From Polyangiaceae bacterium (GTDB lineage Bacteria > Myxococcota_A > Polyangia > Polyangiales > Polyangiaceae): a stretch of DNA of 55,676 nt. Under the pieces are notes generated by a model that had not been told where the DNA came from, made no database searches, and was given only the letters and a program-made list of their open reading frames with translations. Position numbers and translations under genes: made by a program. Positions 36,158 to 46,662 of this stretch are shown piece by piece. Each line of letters begins with the position of its first letter. The stretch's first letter is position 1. Where the stretch lies: the NCBI GenBank assembly GCA_050287085.1, contig JBNKBE010000019.1:59039-114714 (forward strand), given 5' to 3'.

Positions 36158-37624
36158 TTGCAGAGTATTCACACATCGGAGGGGGAACGCACCTCAACTG
36201 TCCTTGAGACGGGTGCCTACCGACAGGGCGACCTGATCGCAGAGCGCTACAGGCTAGTTCACCCTCTCGGGTCCGGGGGGATGGGAGTGGTGTGGGTCGC
36301 TCACGCGATCCATCTGGATGTGCGCGTCGCGCTGAAACTAGTTCGCGGTTCGCTGGCGGGAACCGACGCGGTCGAGCGTATGGCGCGCGAGGCCAAAGCC
36401 GCGGCACAACTCGGTCACCCTGCCCTTACGCGCGTGTTGGACTACGGGCAAACGAACGTTGGCGATCCCTACATCGCGATGGAGCTACTCGAGGGTTGCT
36501 CTTTGCGTGAAGAGCTGGACAAGAAGCAGCGCCTGGATCCGACAGCGGCGGTGCGTATGCTGCTCCCCATAGCGGACGCGCTCAGCGCGGTGCATGGACG
36601 GGGGATCGTACACCGCGATGTCAAGCCCGGCAACGTCTTCATCGCGCGCGACGAGCGCGGTCGGGTGCAGCCCAAGCTGCTGGACTTTGGCGTCGCCAAG
36701 CTTGAACGAGGCGCGCAGGATCACAAACTCACCGACGTCGGCGTGGTGCTCGGTAGCCCCGACTATCTGTCGCCAGAACAAGCGCGAGGGCAAAGCGACA
36801 TCGATGCACGCGTGGATGTGTGGGCCTTCTGCGTCATGCTCTACGAGTGCGTCGCCGGTGAGCCGCCCTTCTTGCATCCGAACTACAATGCCCTGCTGCA
36901 CCTGATCCTATCCGCGCAGCCGGAACCCCTCGCCACCCACGGCTTGGACGAGCCGGACCTGTGGGAGATCATCCGTCGCGGACTGCTCAAGGAGCGCGAG
37001 GCTCGTTATCAGACCATGAGAGAGGTCGGGGTGGCCTTGGCGCAGTGGCTGCTCGACCGAGGAGTGCAAGAAGACCTCTGTGCGAACTCCGTCCGAGCCA
37101 TCTGGCTGGATTCAAACAACGACTCTCCGGACGAACTCGTGGCCGGCGTATCCACGGGCTCCAGCCGACCCCCGAGTGCGGCAACACGAGTCGTCCGGCG
37201 GAGTGGGGAAATGGCCGCGTGGTGGCGCCAGTACCCAGTCGCCACCGCTTGGGTACAACGTCATCCCCGGCTATTGGGGGGCACATTGCTCGCCCTATGC
37301 GTTGCGCTCATGCTGTGGCTAGTGGCCGCCGCAGGTCGCGATGGTAAGCCGAACGCTGCAGTCATCCTGTCCCCCGCCGCGGGTTCCCAGCAGGCACCGA
37401 CCCGGGCAGCTCCCCCCTCCCCGGTAGTGAGCGCCGAGCGCTCACCCCAGAAGCCCACACCGAGCGACGCGCCGACGTTCAACGTGGACGACTTGCCGAA
37501 GGTCGATGTCGATGAGACACCACCGCAACGTTCCAACCGACCAGCACCCATCCGAGCACAGCGCAAGACGCCCGCCGCGCACGCCCCAAGCGAAACGGCC
37601 AACGATCAGGACTTCGGGTTCTGA
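36158..37624 (+). CDS. Hanks-type Ser/Thr protein kinase, membrane-anchored
   Basis: LGSGGMGVV, VALK, HRDVKPGN, DFG, GSPDYLSPE, DVWA; TM helix; Pro-rich tail ending DFGF. Start uncertain (ORF is open from 36089). Confidence 0.93.
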   Translation: MQSIHTSEGERTSTVLETGAYRQGDLIAERYRLVHPLGSGGMGVVWVAHAIHLDVRVALKLVRGSLAGTDAVERMAREAKAAAQLGHPALTRVLDYGQTNVGDPYIAMELLEGCSLREELDKKQRLDPTAAVRMLLPIADALSAVHGRGIVHRDVKPGNVFIARDERGRVQPKLLDFGVAKLERGAQDHKLTDVGVVLGSPDYLSPEQARGQSDIDARVDVWAFCVMLYECVAGEPPFLHPNYNALLHLILSAQPEPLATHGLDEPDLWEIIRRGLLKEREARYQTMREVGVALAQWLLDRGVQEDLCANSVRAIWLDSNNDSPDELVAGVSTGSSRPPSAATRVVRRSGEMAAWWRQYPVATAWVQRHPRLLGGTLLALCVALMLWLVAAAGRDGKPNAAVILSPAAGSQQAPTRAAPPSPVVSAERSPQKPTPSDAPTFNVDDLPKVDVDETPPQRSNRPAPIRAQRKTPAAHAPSETANDQDFGF

Positions 37625-37715
37625 GCTCACGCACTCTCGTTGCCGTCATCGACTACCACTGCTGTAACTTTGCCATGAGCATGATGCCGCTCGGTGGTCA
37701 GTCGAAAACGCGACT

Positions 37716-39278
37716 ATGATACGGGCACCCATGTTGTTGTTGTTGAAGCGGGCGCGGCCCATCGCAGCGTCCCCCATCGCAGCGTCCCCCATCGCGGCGT
37801 CCCCCATCGCAGCGCCGCCCCATCGCCCCACGCTTAGTATCAATTGGTCGCTCTTATCCTGCGCGCTGCTCTTGATAGGCTGTGACTCCGCGCTCCTGCA
37901 GCAGAAGAGCTCCAGCGCGGGGGACGCCCCCCGCAGCGGGATGAGCGACGAAAACGGAGGAAGCGGCCCGGGCTCCGTGGCCAGCTCCGCCCCCGAACCC
38001 GACGTGCCCGAGAGCCATCCAGCTAGCGCCGGAGCAGCTCAAGACGCGCAAGATGACGCCGCCGGCGAGGCCGGAGCAAGCGGTTCCGATGACTCAAAGC
38101 GCGGAGACGACGACGTGCCACTCGGGCCGACCCCCGCGACCGCAACCGCACGTTTTCCCTTCCCCCAGAACCGAGTAACGCACTGCCAGCGTCCCCAAGG
38201 AATCTCCAACGCGGACGTCCTACGCGCCTTCGAGACGTGGCAAACGGCCACCGTCACGGGCGAAGGGGCAGGTGGCGCTTTGCGCGTCCGGCGACTGCCT
38301 TCCGATCCCAATCTCGAGCTGGGTTCGACCGTTTCCGAAGGCATCGCCTACGGTCTGCTGATCGCCGTATACATGGATCAGCAAGAGCTATTCGATCAGC
38401 TTTGGCGTTACGAACAGCAGTGGCTCGACGACAGAGGCTTGATGCACTGGTACATCAATGCCGCAGGAACAGAGGTGCTCGGTAGCGGCGCGGCCTCTGA
38501 TGCTGACGAAGATATGGCGTTTGCGCTCATCATGGCCGATCGCCAATGGGGCGGTAACGGCAGTCTGGACCAGAGCTACCACGACATCGCGCAGGACATG
38601 GTACGCAAGGTCTGGGAAAACGAGATAATCGACGGCAAGGGGCTCATCCCTGGGGACGGCTGGGGTAGCTGGGACTTGATGAACATCTCGTATTTCGCCC
38701 CGAGCCACTACCGCACGTTCGCTAGGTTTTCTGAGAACATGGGATGGAACGATGTCGCCAACACGAGCTATGACGTGCTGGAAGCCAGTCTTCAGCCAGA
38801 GCACGGAAATTCCGAAAACGGTCTGGTACCGGCGTGGTCAACCGGTGACGGCACCCCCGTTGGGGACGCTTTCGAAGACAAGCCGTCCCCTACACACTAT
38901 CAATACGATTCATGTCGGACCCCCTTTCGCGTTGGACTCGACTACTGCTTCTACCAGCACGAGCGCGCGGCCCAATACCTCGCGAAGACCTCCGCTTTCT
39001 TCGCCGGTATTGGGGCCGAGAGTATGACAGACGGCTATGAGCTGGATGGACGCCCTCGTCCAGAATTCGGCGGACATTCGGCTGCCTTCATTGGGACGGC
39101 AGCTGTGGGCGCGCTCTTTGATGCCGCCTACATGTCCTTCGCACGTGACGCGTATGAACTGGTACGAACTCGAAATTCCCTGGTCGGCGGCGAATACTAC
39201 GATCTATCGTGGACTGTGCTATCGCTGCTAGCGATGACGGGGAACCTACTGGACTACACGCTGATTGAGCCCTTATGA
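37716..39278 (+). CDS. Glycoside hydrolase family 8 (endoglucanase-like) lipoprotein
   Basis: Lipobox LIGC; TVSEGIAYG, GLMHW, ASDADEDMAFAL, NISYFAP, GLVPAW, YQYDSCR.PFR. Confidence 0.9.
   Translation: MIRAPMLLLLKRARPIAASPIAASPIAASPIAAPPHRPTLSINWSLLSCALLLIGCDSALLQQKSSSAGDAPRSGMSDENGGSGPGSVASSAPEPDVPESHPASAGAAQDAQDDAAGEAGASGSDDSKRGDDDVPLGPTPATATARFPFPQNRVTHCQRPQGISNADVLRAFETWQTATVTGEGAGGALRVRRLPSDPNLELGSTVSEGIAYGLLIAVYMDQQELFDQLWRYEQQWLDDRGLMHWYINAAGTEVLGSGAASDADEDMAFALIMADRQWGGNGSLDQSYHDIAQDMVRKVWENEIIDGKGLIPGDGWGSWDLMNISYFAPSHYRTFARFSENMGWNDVANTSYDVLEASLQPEHGNSENGLVPAWSTGDGTPVGDAFEDKPSPTHYQYDSCRTPFRVGLDYCFYQHERAAQYLAKTSAFFAGIGAESMTDGYELDGRPRPEFGGHSAAFIGTAAVGALFDAAYMSFARDAYELVRTRNSLVGGEYYDLSWTVLSLLAMTGNLLDYTLIEPL
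37758..37817. repeat. Four 15-bp tandem repeats encoding PIAAS in the GH8 N-terminal region
   Basis: CCCATCGCRGCGTCC three times, plus CCCATCGCAGCGCCG. Confidence 0.9.
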
Positions 39279-40729
39279 GAAGTTGTTGGCTTGGCCTGGC
39301 TCTGCTCGCAACCGTCGGCTGCGAGCAGGTAAGAGGACGAGCCCAGCGACCCGCCGCGGAACTGCACGACTGCCGACTTGAAGCCCTTGACGCGCGGGCA
39401 GAGTGCGGGCGGATCGAAGTGTGGGAAGACCGCGACGCGCGCGCCGGACGGAAACTGTCGATCGCCTTTGCACGGCTGCCAGCGCGCGGCTCCCGACCCG
39501 CGGCCGACCCGTTGCTTGTTTTTGTCGGAGGTCCTGGACAGTCTGCCATGCGTTCCGGAGTAGCTGTTGCTCAAGCGCTTTGGCGCATCGGCGAGACGCG
39601 CGACATCGTCTTGATCGATCAACGCGGCACCGGAAAGTCCGGCGCACTCAATTGTCGCCCCCAGAGCACCGAGCTCAGCCAGTTATTCGATGTCGAGTTT
39701 CGTCCAGACGAAACGAAGAGTTGTTTAGAGCAACTAGACGCCGCACCTGAGCTGTACACGACGCCCATCGCCGTGGCGGACATCGATGACGTGCGCGCAT
39801 ACCTCGGGTACGAGCGTGTCAACCTCTGGGGCGCCAGCTACGGCACCCGGGTGGCGCTCATCTACGCACGTCAGTTTCCCGATCACACTCGACGCCTTGT
39901 CCTCGACGGGGTGGCGCCTCTGGACGTGAAACTGCCGCTCTATTCTGGACGCGACGCCGAACGCGCCCTCGACTTGGTGTCGAGGGCCTGCAGCAACGAG
40001 CCGGCTTGTCGCGCGCGCTACGGCAACCCGCGTGCGACGCTCGAAACGCTGCTGCAATCCCTGGACGCCAATCCGGCAAGCGTCACCGTACGTGATCCAC
40101 GCTCCGGCGAACCCGTAGCGATATCGGTGACACGCGACGCCTTTGCCGCCGCCTTGCGCATGCAGCTTTACACGCCGCTGCTCGACGCCCTGCTGCCGCT
40201 GTTTATCGACCGGGCCGCTGCCGGTGACTTCGAGCCCTTCGTAAGCGGCGCCGCCGCGATTGGCCTCCAATTGGATGCTGACATGGCCTCGGGCATGTTC
40301 TTGTCAGTGGCTTGCGCCGAAGATGTCGTGCGCATCAGCTCAGAGGAAGCAAGAGTGCAATCGCTGGGACATTTCCTCGGACGTGACTTTCTAATCCCCA
40401 TCCAACAGGCTTGTCAGGTCTGGCCCCAAGGACGACTCCCTGTCGACTACTTCGCCCCGTTTGAGTTGGAGGCGCGGATGCTTATTCTATCGGGAGAACG
40501 CGACCCGATTCTGCCACCTTCCTGGGGTGAGCTGGTGCATCAGCACCATCACAACTCACGACACGTGGTCGTGCCGGGCGCCGGGCATGGCATCACGCTG
40601 CTGCCGTGTGCGGCCCGCGTCATCGAGAACTTCCTGGATGCCGAACACCCCTTGGAGGTCGACGCTACCTGCTTGGAACGACACCGCGCCCCCCCATTTT
40701 TTACGAGCCCGCTAGGACCTGAACCATGA
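39275..40729 (+). CDS. Alpha/beta-hydrolase lipoprotein (TAP-like peptidase)
   Basis: Lipobox VGC; GGPG, DQRGTGKS, nucleophile GASYG, GERDP, GAGHG. Confidence 0.9.
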   Translation: MRSCWLGLALLATVGCEQVRGRAQRPAAELHDCRLEALDARAECGRIEVWEDRDARAGRKLSIAFARLPARGSRPAADPLLVFVGGPGQSAMRSGVAVAQALWRIGETRDIVLIDQRGTGKSGALNCRPQSTELSQLFDVEFRPDETKSCLEQLDAAPELYTTPIAVADIDDVRAYLGYERVNLWGASYGTRVALIYARQFPDHTRRLVLDGVAPLDVKLPLYSGRDAERALDLVSRACSNEPACRARYGNPRATLETLLQSLDANPASVTVRDPRSGEPVAISVTRDAFAAALRMQLYTPLLDALLPLFIDRAAAGDFEPFVSGAAAIGLQLDADMASGMFLSVACAEDVVRISSEEARVQSLGHFLGRDFLIPIQQACQVWPQGRLPVDYFAPFELEARMLILSGERDPILPPSWGELVHQHHHNSRHVVVPGAGHGITLLPCAARVIENFLDAEHPLEVDATCLERHRAPPFFTSPLGPEP

Positions 40730-41490
40730 TCCGCGCCTGCGATCTGCACAAGAGTTACGGTGAGACATCGGCTGTGCGCGGCGTCAGCTTCAGCGCGGCA
40801 AACGGCGCCATCACCGGTATGCTTGGCCCCAATGGTGCCGGCAAGACCACTACTTTGCGCATGATCTCGTCCCTGGTGCGCCCCGACTCTGGCGAGGCCT
40901 GGGTAGACAACGTCAACGTACATCGGGCCCGTGAGGAGGCATTGCGCAAGCTAGGTGTCTTACCGGACAGCCGCGGCCTCTATCCGAGACTTACCACACG
41001 TGAACACCTTCGCTACTTTGGCCAGCTTCAAGGTATGGACTCTGGTGTGCTAGAAGCGCGCATCGACGAACTGCTCACGCGCCTGGAGATGCGGACGCTC
41101 GCCGATCGGAGGGTGGAGGGCTTTTCACAAGGAGAGCGCAGCAAGGTCGCTCTCGGGCGCGCGCTGGTGCACAATCCGCGCAACCTGATCTTGGACGAAC
41201 CCACCAACGGATTAGACGTAATGAGCGCTCGCGCTCTGCGGTCGCTGGTGCGCTCGTTGGTACAAGACGGCTTGTGTGTGCTCTTCTCCAGTCACGTGAT
41301 GCCGGAAGTGGCCGAGCTGTGCGACAAGCTGGTGATCTTCGTGCAGGGACGTGTGGTCCATGATGGCAGCAGCGACGCCCTGCGCGAAGCAGCCGGCAAC
41401 TCCGACCTCGAAGGGGCTTTCGTCCGGCTTGTAGAACAGCACTCGACGCCGAGCGCCGAGCCCAACACCGCTCAACCAGAACGCTCATGA
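40726..41490 (+). CDS. NatA-like ABC transporter ATP-binding protein
   Basis: GPNGAGKTT, FSQGE signature, LILDEPTNGLDV, FSSH. Confidence 0.9.
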   Translation: MIRACDLHKSYGETSAVRGVSFSAANGAITGMLGPNGAGKTTTLRMISSLVRPDSGEAWVDNVNVHRAREEALRKLGVLPDSRGLYPRLTTREHLRYFGQLQGMDSGVLEARIDELLTRLEMRTLADRRVEGFSQGERSKVALGRALVHNPRNLILDEPTNGLDVMSARALRSLVRSLVQDGLCVLFSSHVMPEVAELCDKLVIFVQGRVVHDGSSDALREAAGNSDLEGAFVRLVEQHSTPSAEPNTAQPERS

Positions 41491-42644
41491 TCGGCATTGT
41501 CGCACGCAAAGAGCTCCGCGATCACCTGCGAGACCGGCGCAGCGTGCTGGGCGCACTGCTGCTGCCGATACTCGGACCGCTGCTGTGTCTGGCGCTGATC
41601 TACTTTTTGATCCACCTGCAGGAGGAGCGACCTCCGCGCCTGATAGTACACGGCCGTGAGCATGCTCCGACCCTGATGCTGCAGCTCGAAGCTGAGGGTG
41701 TGGAGGTCCTAGCCCCTGGCGTTGATGACGACGATCGGGTAGCTCGAGGCGACGCAGACGCCCTGCTCAACATAGACAAGGCGTTTGGTGAGAAGCTGAA
41801 GAAGGGCGAGCCCGCCCCGCTCGGATTGACCGTAGACACCACGCGCACTAGCTCGCTCAAGAGCGTGCGAAAGCTCGAAGCGCTGCTGCAGGGCTACGCC
41901 CAACAGATCGCCGCACAACGACTGATCGTGCGCGGGCTGTTGCCACGCATCGCGCAACCACTGGCCCTATTCGAGCGGGAGCTCAGCACGCGCCAGGCGC
42001 GTCTGGCGAGCACGCTGAGCATGATTCCCTTCTTTCTAATGCTCGCCGCTTTCATTGGCGGCATGAACGTCGCTATTGATACTACCGCAGGCGAACGGGA
42101 GCGGCTTTCACTCGAGCCACTGCTGCTAAACCCCGTGCCGCGAAGCCGGCTTGTGCTCGGCAAGTGGCTAGCGGTATTCTCGACGACATTGGCCGTCCTA
42201 TGCGTCGCGCTGCTTGGCTTCTGGTTCGTGCTGACGCTCTCACCGCTCGATCAGACTGGGCTGAGTCTGAATCTGGGACTTAGAGAGGCGTGTGCGGTCC
42301 TGGCTGCGCTCTTGCCACTGGCTATGCTCGGCTCAGCGCTGCAACTGCTGATCGCCTCCTACGCACGTACCTTCAAGGAAGCACAGACCTACCTGAACCT
42401 GCTGAATCTGGCACCGACGGTACCAGCGATGCTGATAATGCTCGCCCAGCGCAACACTGAAACGTGGATGATGCTCGTGCCATCGCTCGCCCAAATGACA
42501 CTCATTACCGACATCATAAAAGGCTTGGCTCCGAGTCCGCTGCACCTAGCGATCGCCGCCGGCACACAGACGGCCCTCACCGCTGCCTGCCTGGTCGGCT
42601 TGAGCCGACTACTCCAGCGCGAAAGCGTCATTTTCGGACGCTGA
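41487..42644 (+). CDS. NatB-like ABC-2 exporter permease
   Basis: KEL.D..RDRR, AIDTTAGERER.SLEPLL..P..R..L..GK, ARTFKEAQ; six TM helices. Confidence 0.9.
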   Translation: MIGIVARKELRDHLRDRRSVLGALLLPILGPLLCLALIYFLIHLQEERPPRLIVHGREHAPTLMLQLEAEGVEVLAPGVDDDDRVARGDADALLNIDKAFGEKLKKGEPAPLGLTVDTTRTSSLKSVRKLEALLQGYAQQIAAQRLIVRGLLPRIAQPLALFERELSTRQARLASTLSMIPFFLMLAAFIGGMNVAIDTTAGERERLSLEPLLLNPVPRSRLVLGKWLAVFSTTLAVLCVALLGFWFVLTLSPLDQTGLSLNLGLREACAVLAALLPLAMLGSALQLLIASYARTFKEAQTYLNLLNLAPTVPAMLIMLAQRNTETWMMLVPSLAQMTLITDIIKGLAPSPLHLAIAAGTQTALTAACLVGLSRLLQRESVIFGR

Positions 42645-42652
42645 GAACCGCA

Positions 42653-42680
42653 CGCGTCGCGGGTTGCCCTCCGCGACGCG
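42653..42680. terminator. Hairpin between convergent genes
   Basis: CGCGTCGCGG-gttgccct-CCGCGACGCG. Confidence 0.5.
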
Positions 42681-42769
42681 CCCGAAACAGCAGTTCGCGC
42701 CGCCAAGACCTAGCGGTCTCCGTCGGCCCCTGTCGGAGCTATGAGACGTACGTCGGCGCCAGAACCTCG

Positions 42770-44455
42770 CTAGCGTGTCCACGCGATCACGTTGTCGAAG
42801 AAGGCCGGCGCCAAGTCCGGGGTGCCAGGTTGACCGAGACCAACTTGGAACTCGGCGACAGTGGCGTCATTGATCGTTCCCACTCCGCAGGGGTCATAGT
42901 TGATTGCCGTGCCGTCGCGGCGAATGATGACCCGTCCGTTCGTGGAGGACACGACGAGCTCCATGGTCTGCCACGCGTTTTCTTCGAGGTAACCCGAGAC
43001 GGCACATTGTCCGTAGTAGTTCGTGTCAGTGTTGACGTAGCTAATTTGCATACGCCCGAAGCCGTTGTGCTCCACACAGATCTTTACGGGCCCCATGGTG
43101 ACACAGGCAAAGTCGGTGTCCCAGCCCTTGTGGATGTCGATGAGGAACGTGGGGCGAATATCAAAACGCATCCCAACTTCGTCCAGAACCGGGCCGGTGG
43201 TGCTCCAGCTAAGCGCCCCCTGCTCCCCGGAGGCGTTCGGATAGGATTGCCAAGACCAAGAGGGCGACGACGACTGCGCACTGTCGCGAGCCCCTTGAGT
43301 CCCTACCCGAGCCCACGCTGACGAATCCGCCTCAAAGTCCAGGCACTGGTAAGCTGTTGTCCCCACAGGCTGCAGCTGCCCACTGCACCACGTCAGTTCA
43401 CAGTCCGTTCCACTGTAGCCCTGCGGACAACTGCACGTATACGCGTTCACGCCGTCGCTGCACGTGCCCCCATGCTGGCATGGATTCGGACTGCAATCGT
43501 TGACATTGGTCTGACAGTTCGCTCCCGTATAGCCGCTTGGGCAGCTGCACACATAGGTGTCCACTCCATCCGTGCACGTGCCGCCATTCTGACACGGATT
43601 CGGACTGCAATCGTTGGCATTGGTCTGACAGTTCACTCCCGTATAGCCGCCCGGACAGCTGCAGGTATACGACTCTACGCCGTCAATACAGGTGCCGCCG
43701 TTCTGACACGGATTCGGACTGCAATCGTTGATATTGGTCTGACAGTATTCCCCCTCGTATCCGCTCGGGCAGCTGCACGTGTACGAGTCTATTCCGTCCA
43801 CGCAGGTACCACCATGTTGGCAAGGATTGGAAACGCCGAGACAGTCGTTGACGTCGTCTTCGCATCTCGGGCCCGAGTAGCCAGGCTGGCATTCGCAGGT
43901 GTACGCAGCAATGCCGTCGACGCAGGTGCCCCCATTTTGGCATGGTTCGGCAGCACAGTCGTCGATGTTCACTGAGCACAACGCTCCCGTGAAGCCGGCA
44001 GCACACGCGCAGGTCGCTTGGAGGCCAACCACTTCGCAGACGCCGCCGTTCAGGCACGGAAGGTCCTCGCACGGCATAGGGTCCGCGCCAGCATCAGACG
44101 GGTCGACGCCTGCCTCCTGCCCGCCGTTTCCGGACGCGTCTACGACCGCGGGCTCGCCGCCGATCCCTGCATCTCTTCCGCGACCAGGCGCCCCGCCCGT
44201 CGCCGCGTCGGCGCGCGGCTCGTCGGCTCTGCCGTCGCTGGACGCGTCGCGAGTTCCTAGCGCACCCGAGCTCCCCCCGAAACTCGCGTCGGCAGAAGAA
44301 CCCGCGCCCGCAGAGTCGCCTGCGTCAACAGAGTCACCTGCGCCCGCAGAGTCACCTGCGTCGGCAGGCGCTCCATCGCGTCGCCCCAGAACGTCCGGTT
44401 CGCTCAAAGCGCAGCCGAACGCAACGAACCCCAAATAATAGACCGCCGTCTTCAC
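42770..44455 (-). CDS. Lipoprotein with six EGF-like repeats (five of the Ca-binding type) and a C-terminal beta-sandwich domain
   Basis: Lipobox AFGC; repeats of NxNDC...PCQ.GGTC.DG...Y.C.C..GY.G..C; 114-bp DNA period (GGATTCGGACTGCAATCGTTG at 43482, 43596 and 43710). Confidence 0.9.
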   Translation of the reverse strand: MKTAVYYLGFVAFGCALSEPDVLGRRDGAPADAGDSAGAGDSVDAGDSAGAGSSADASFGGSSGALGTRDASSDGRADEPRADAATGGAPGRGRDAGIGGEPAVVDASGNGGQEAGVDPSDAGADPMPCEDLPCLNGGVCEVVGLQATCACAAGFTGALCSVNIDDCAAEPCQNGGTCVDGIAAYTCECQPGYSGPRCEDDVNDCLGVSNPCQHGGTCVDGIDSYTCSCPSGYEGEYCQTNINDCSPNPCQNGGTCIDGVESYTCSCPGGYTGVNCQTNANDCSPNPCQNGGTCTDGVDTYVCSCPSGYTGANCQTNVNDCSPNPCQHGGTCSDGVNAYTCSCPQGYSGTDCELTWCSGQLQPVGTTAYQCLDFEADSSAWARVGTQGARDSAQSSSPSWSWQSYPNASGEQGALSWSTTGPVLDEVGMRFDIRPTFLIDIHKGWDTDFACVTMGPVKICVEHNGFGRMQISYVNTDTNYYGQCAVSGYLEENAWQTMELVVSSTNGRVIIRRDGTAINYDPCGVGTINDATVAEFQVGLGQPGTPDLAPAFFDNVIAWTR

Positions 44456-44802
44456 CCGGTGAAGGTAACACTTGCCCAAGTTCCAGCCAACTGACGAGAC
44501 CACAGCCGCAATTTTGACCGACCCCAAAATGGGTCGTAACGACAGCGCGGCGGGCGTAGCTTCCACCAGTCTGTATCAAAGTGCTCAGATTGGGTGTCTC
44601 ACCCCCGCCTGTGCTGGCGCATGGCCCGCGAGCAGACCGATTCGATCGCATCCGATCGGCCACGAGCGTTCTCGTGCAGGCGACGCCGCTTCTCGACGCT
44701 CGCCCTCAGGGCCCAGGCTGCGAGCTTGAGCCCTCGAATGGAAGAGCCGAACGCCGCTTGTATGCTTCACGGCAGTCGGCATAGGGTTGGGGCAACGACT
44801 GA

Positions 44803-46044
44803 ATGAGTAGTTGCGACCGTCAACCGACGAGGCAGTTGGGGAATCGATGGCACCGGAGCCTCCGTTCCTGGCCACGAACTCATAGGGGCATGCCCCCTGA
44901 CCACGGATGCGCGGTAGCGCTTCTACGCGCAACCTTGGCCACGCTGGCACTGATGTGCTGCACAAGCGGCTGCACCATGACGCGCTTCCTGGCTCAGGCA
45001 GCTGCTGGGCAGTGGGAGTTGAGCGGTGGCGTAACCGTTGATTCCGCGCTCAAGGACCCTCACACCGACGCCAGGACACGCAGCTTCTTGAGCGAAGCTG
45101 TGCGCGTCAAACGATTCGCCCTGAAGCGCGGACTGAACGTCGAACAGAACTACAGTCGTTTCGTGGGGCTCGAACGCGAGTATGTCGTCTACTTCGTCAA
45201 CGGGAGTGATCCACTTTCCTTCACCCCACGCGCTTTCTGGTTTCCGATCGTCGGAACCTTCCCGGGACTCGGGTGGTTTCATGAAGCAGATGCCCGCCGC
45301 TTCGCACGCTCGCTGGAAGCCGAAGGACTCGACGTCAACGTGCGCGGAGTCAGTGCCTTTTCAACCGGAGGTTGGTTCTCGGATCCGATCGTTTCGAGCA
45401 TGTTTTACGATCATCCAGCCGCCCGTGGCTTCCTGGTCAATACGCTGCTGCACGAATCCGTCCATGCAACCCTACTGATCGCAAACCAGCAGTACTTCAA
45501 CGAAAGCGTGGCTTCGTACGTGGGCGATCGCTTGGCGGAAGAGTATCTGGCTACCTATCTGGGCCAAAACAGAGCCTTGCTCGCCGCCTACGACCAAGCC
45601 CTGAAGCGCGGCAAGACACGCGCTGACGCCATGGTCGGAGCCTATCATGAACTTAACAATCTCTACCTCAGCTTCCGAAGCGACGATGAGAAGCTGCAGC
45701 GCAAACGCAGCATCCTGGCGCGCCTAAAGGAAGAGCTCGAGCTTGAGCAAACGCCCAACAACGCCACGCTCATCGGCTTTCAGCTCTACCAAGAAGGGAG
45801 CTACGAATTTGATCAGCTTCTCGGGGCCTGCGACCACAACTGGCAGCGCTTTCTGAGAACTCTAAGTGGGCTGGATGATGCTGACTTCGCCGCGCCGCAG
45901 ACGCCCTACATCGGTCCGCCCGTATTGCGGCTCGCGCGCGCTGGATGCCCTGCCCCCGCAGAGAAAGCAACGCTCTCTCTGCTCAGCAAGCCCCTGCGCC
46001 AGCGCCGCGCTCGACTTCGAAGGCGCGGCCGGGACGGCGAGTAA
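44803..46044 (+). CDS. Putative zinc aminopeptidase (DUF2265-like) lipoprotein
   Basis: GC....L.QAA.GQ, W.FPIVG.FP..G.F, V.A.ST.GWF.DP, HESVH followed by FNES.A. Start is probably later (about 44890). Confidence 0.85.
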   Translation: MSSCDRQPTRQLGNRWHRSLRSWPRTHRGMPPDHGCAVALLRATLATLALMCCTSGCTMTRFLAQAAAGQWELSGGVTVDSALKDPHTDARTRSFLSEAVRVKRFALKRGLNVEQNYSRFVGLEREYVVYFVNGSDPLSFTPRAFWFPIVGTFPGLGWFHEADARRFARSLEAEGLDVNVRGVSAFSTGGWFSDPIVSSMFYDHPAARGFLVNTLLHESVHATLLIANQQYFNESVASYVGDRLAEEYLATYLGQNRALLAAYDQALKRGKTRADAMVGAYHELNNLYLSFRSDDEKLQRKRSILARLKEELELEQTPNNATLIGFQLYQEGSYEFDQLLGACDHNWQRFLRTLSGLDDADFAAPQTPYIGPPVLRLARAGCPAPAEKATLSLLSKPLRQRRARLRRRGRDGE

Positions 46045-46081
46045 ACTGGTACCGTCCGCAGAACCCTTGCTACGGTGTGAC

Positions 46082-46597
46082 ATGGCCGACGGCGAAGCGC
46101 CTACCGATGTACTGCCTCCAAGCTCGGAGGGAGAGCGTGACCGGACCCTGATGAAGTTGGCGTTGGAGGAAGCGTACTCCGCAACCAAACACGGAGACGT
46201 ACCGGTCGGTGCGGTCCTGGTCGACGCCGGGGGTGCCGTATTGGCACGAGGCCACAACCGCCGCGAAGTGGACGCCGATCCGACTGCCCACGCGGAACTA
46301 CTCGTGCTGCGCGCCGCGTGCCACGCGCGCGGCCACTGGCGCCTCGACGACTGCACTCTATACGTGACACTGGAACCCTGCGCCATGTGTTCAGGAGCGC
46401 TCGTCAACGCTCGCATTGGCCGCCTGGTATTTGGCGCCTACGACAAGAAGGCCGGCTTCATCGCGTCGCTGGCTAGCCTGCACCAAGATGAGCGCCTGAA
46501 TCACCGCTTTCCGGCACAAGGTGGCGTCGAAGAAGAACCCTGCCGAAGCGCGCTCCAAGAGTTCTTCCGGGCCCTCCGGGCGCAGGGACAGAAATAG
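46082..46597 (+). CDS. tadA: tRNA adenosine(34) deaminase
   Basis: DVPVGAV, HN.RE...DPTAHAE, WRL.DCTLYVTLEPCAMC.GA, NHR, L..FF..LR. Confidence 0.93.
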   Translation: MADGEAPTDVLPPSSEGERDRTLMKLALEEAYSATKHGDVPVGAVLVDAGGAVLARGHNRREVDADPTAHAELLVLRAACHARGHWRLDDCTLYVTLEPCAMCSGALVNARIGRLVFGAYDKKAGFIASLASLHQDERLNHRFPAQGGVEEEPCRSALQEFFRALRAQGQK

Positions 46598-46662
46598 CCG
46601 CCCCCGAAAGGCTGCGCGCGTGCCAAGCGGCTAGAGCGCTGACCGCGGCCGGAATACAAGAG

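Noticed and set aside
45866..46081. Extended tadA N-terminus overlapping the aminopeptidase gene
   Set aside because: Homology starts later; ATG 46082 follows an extended -10 element.
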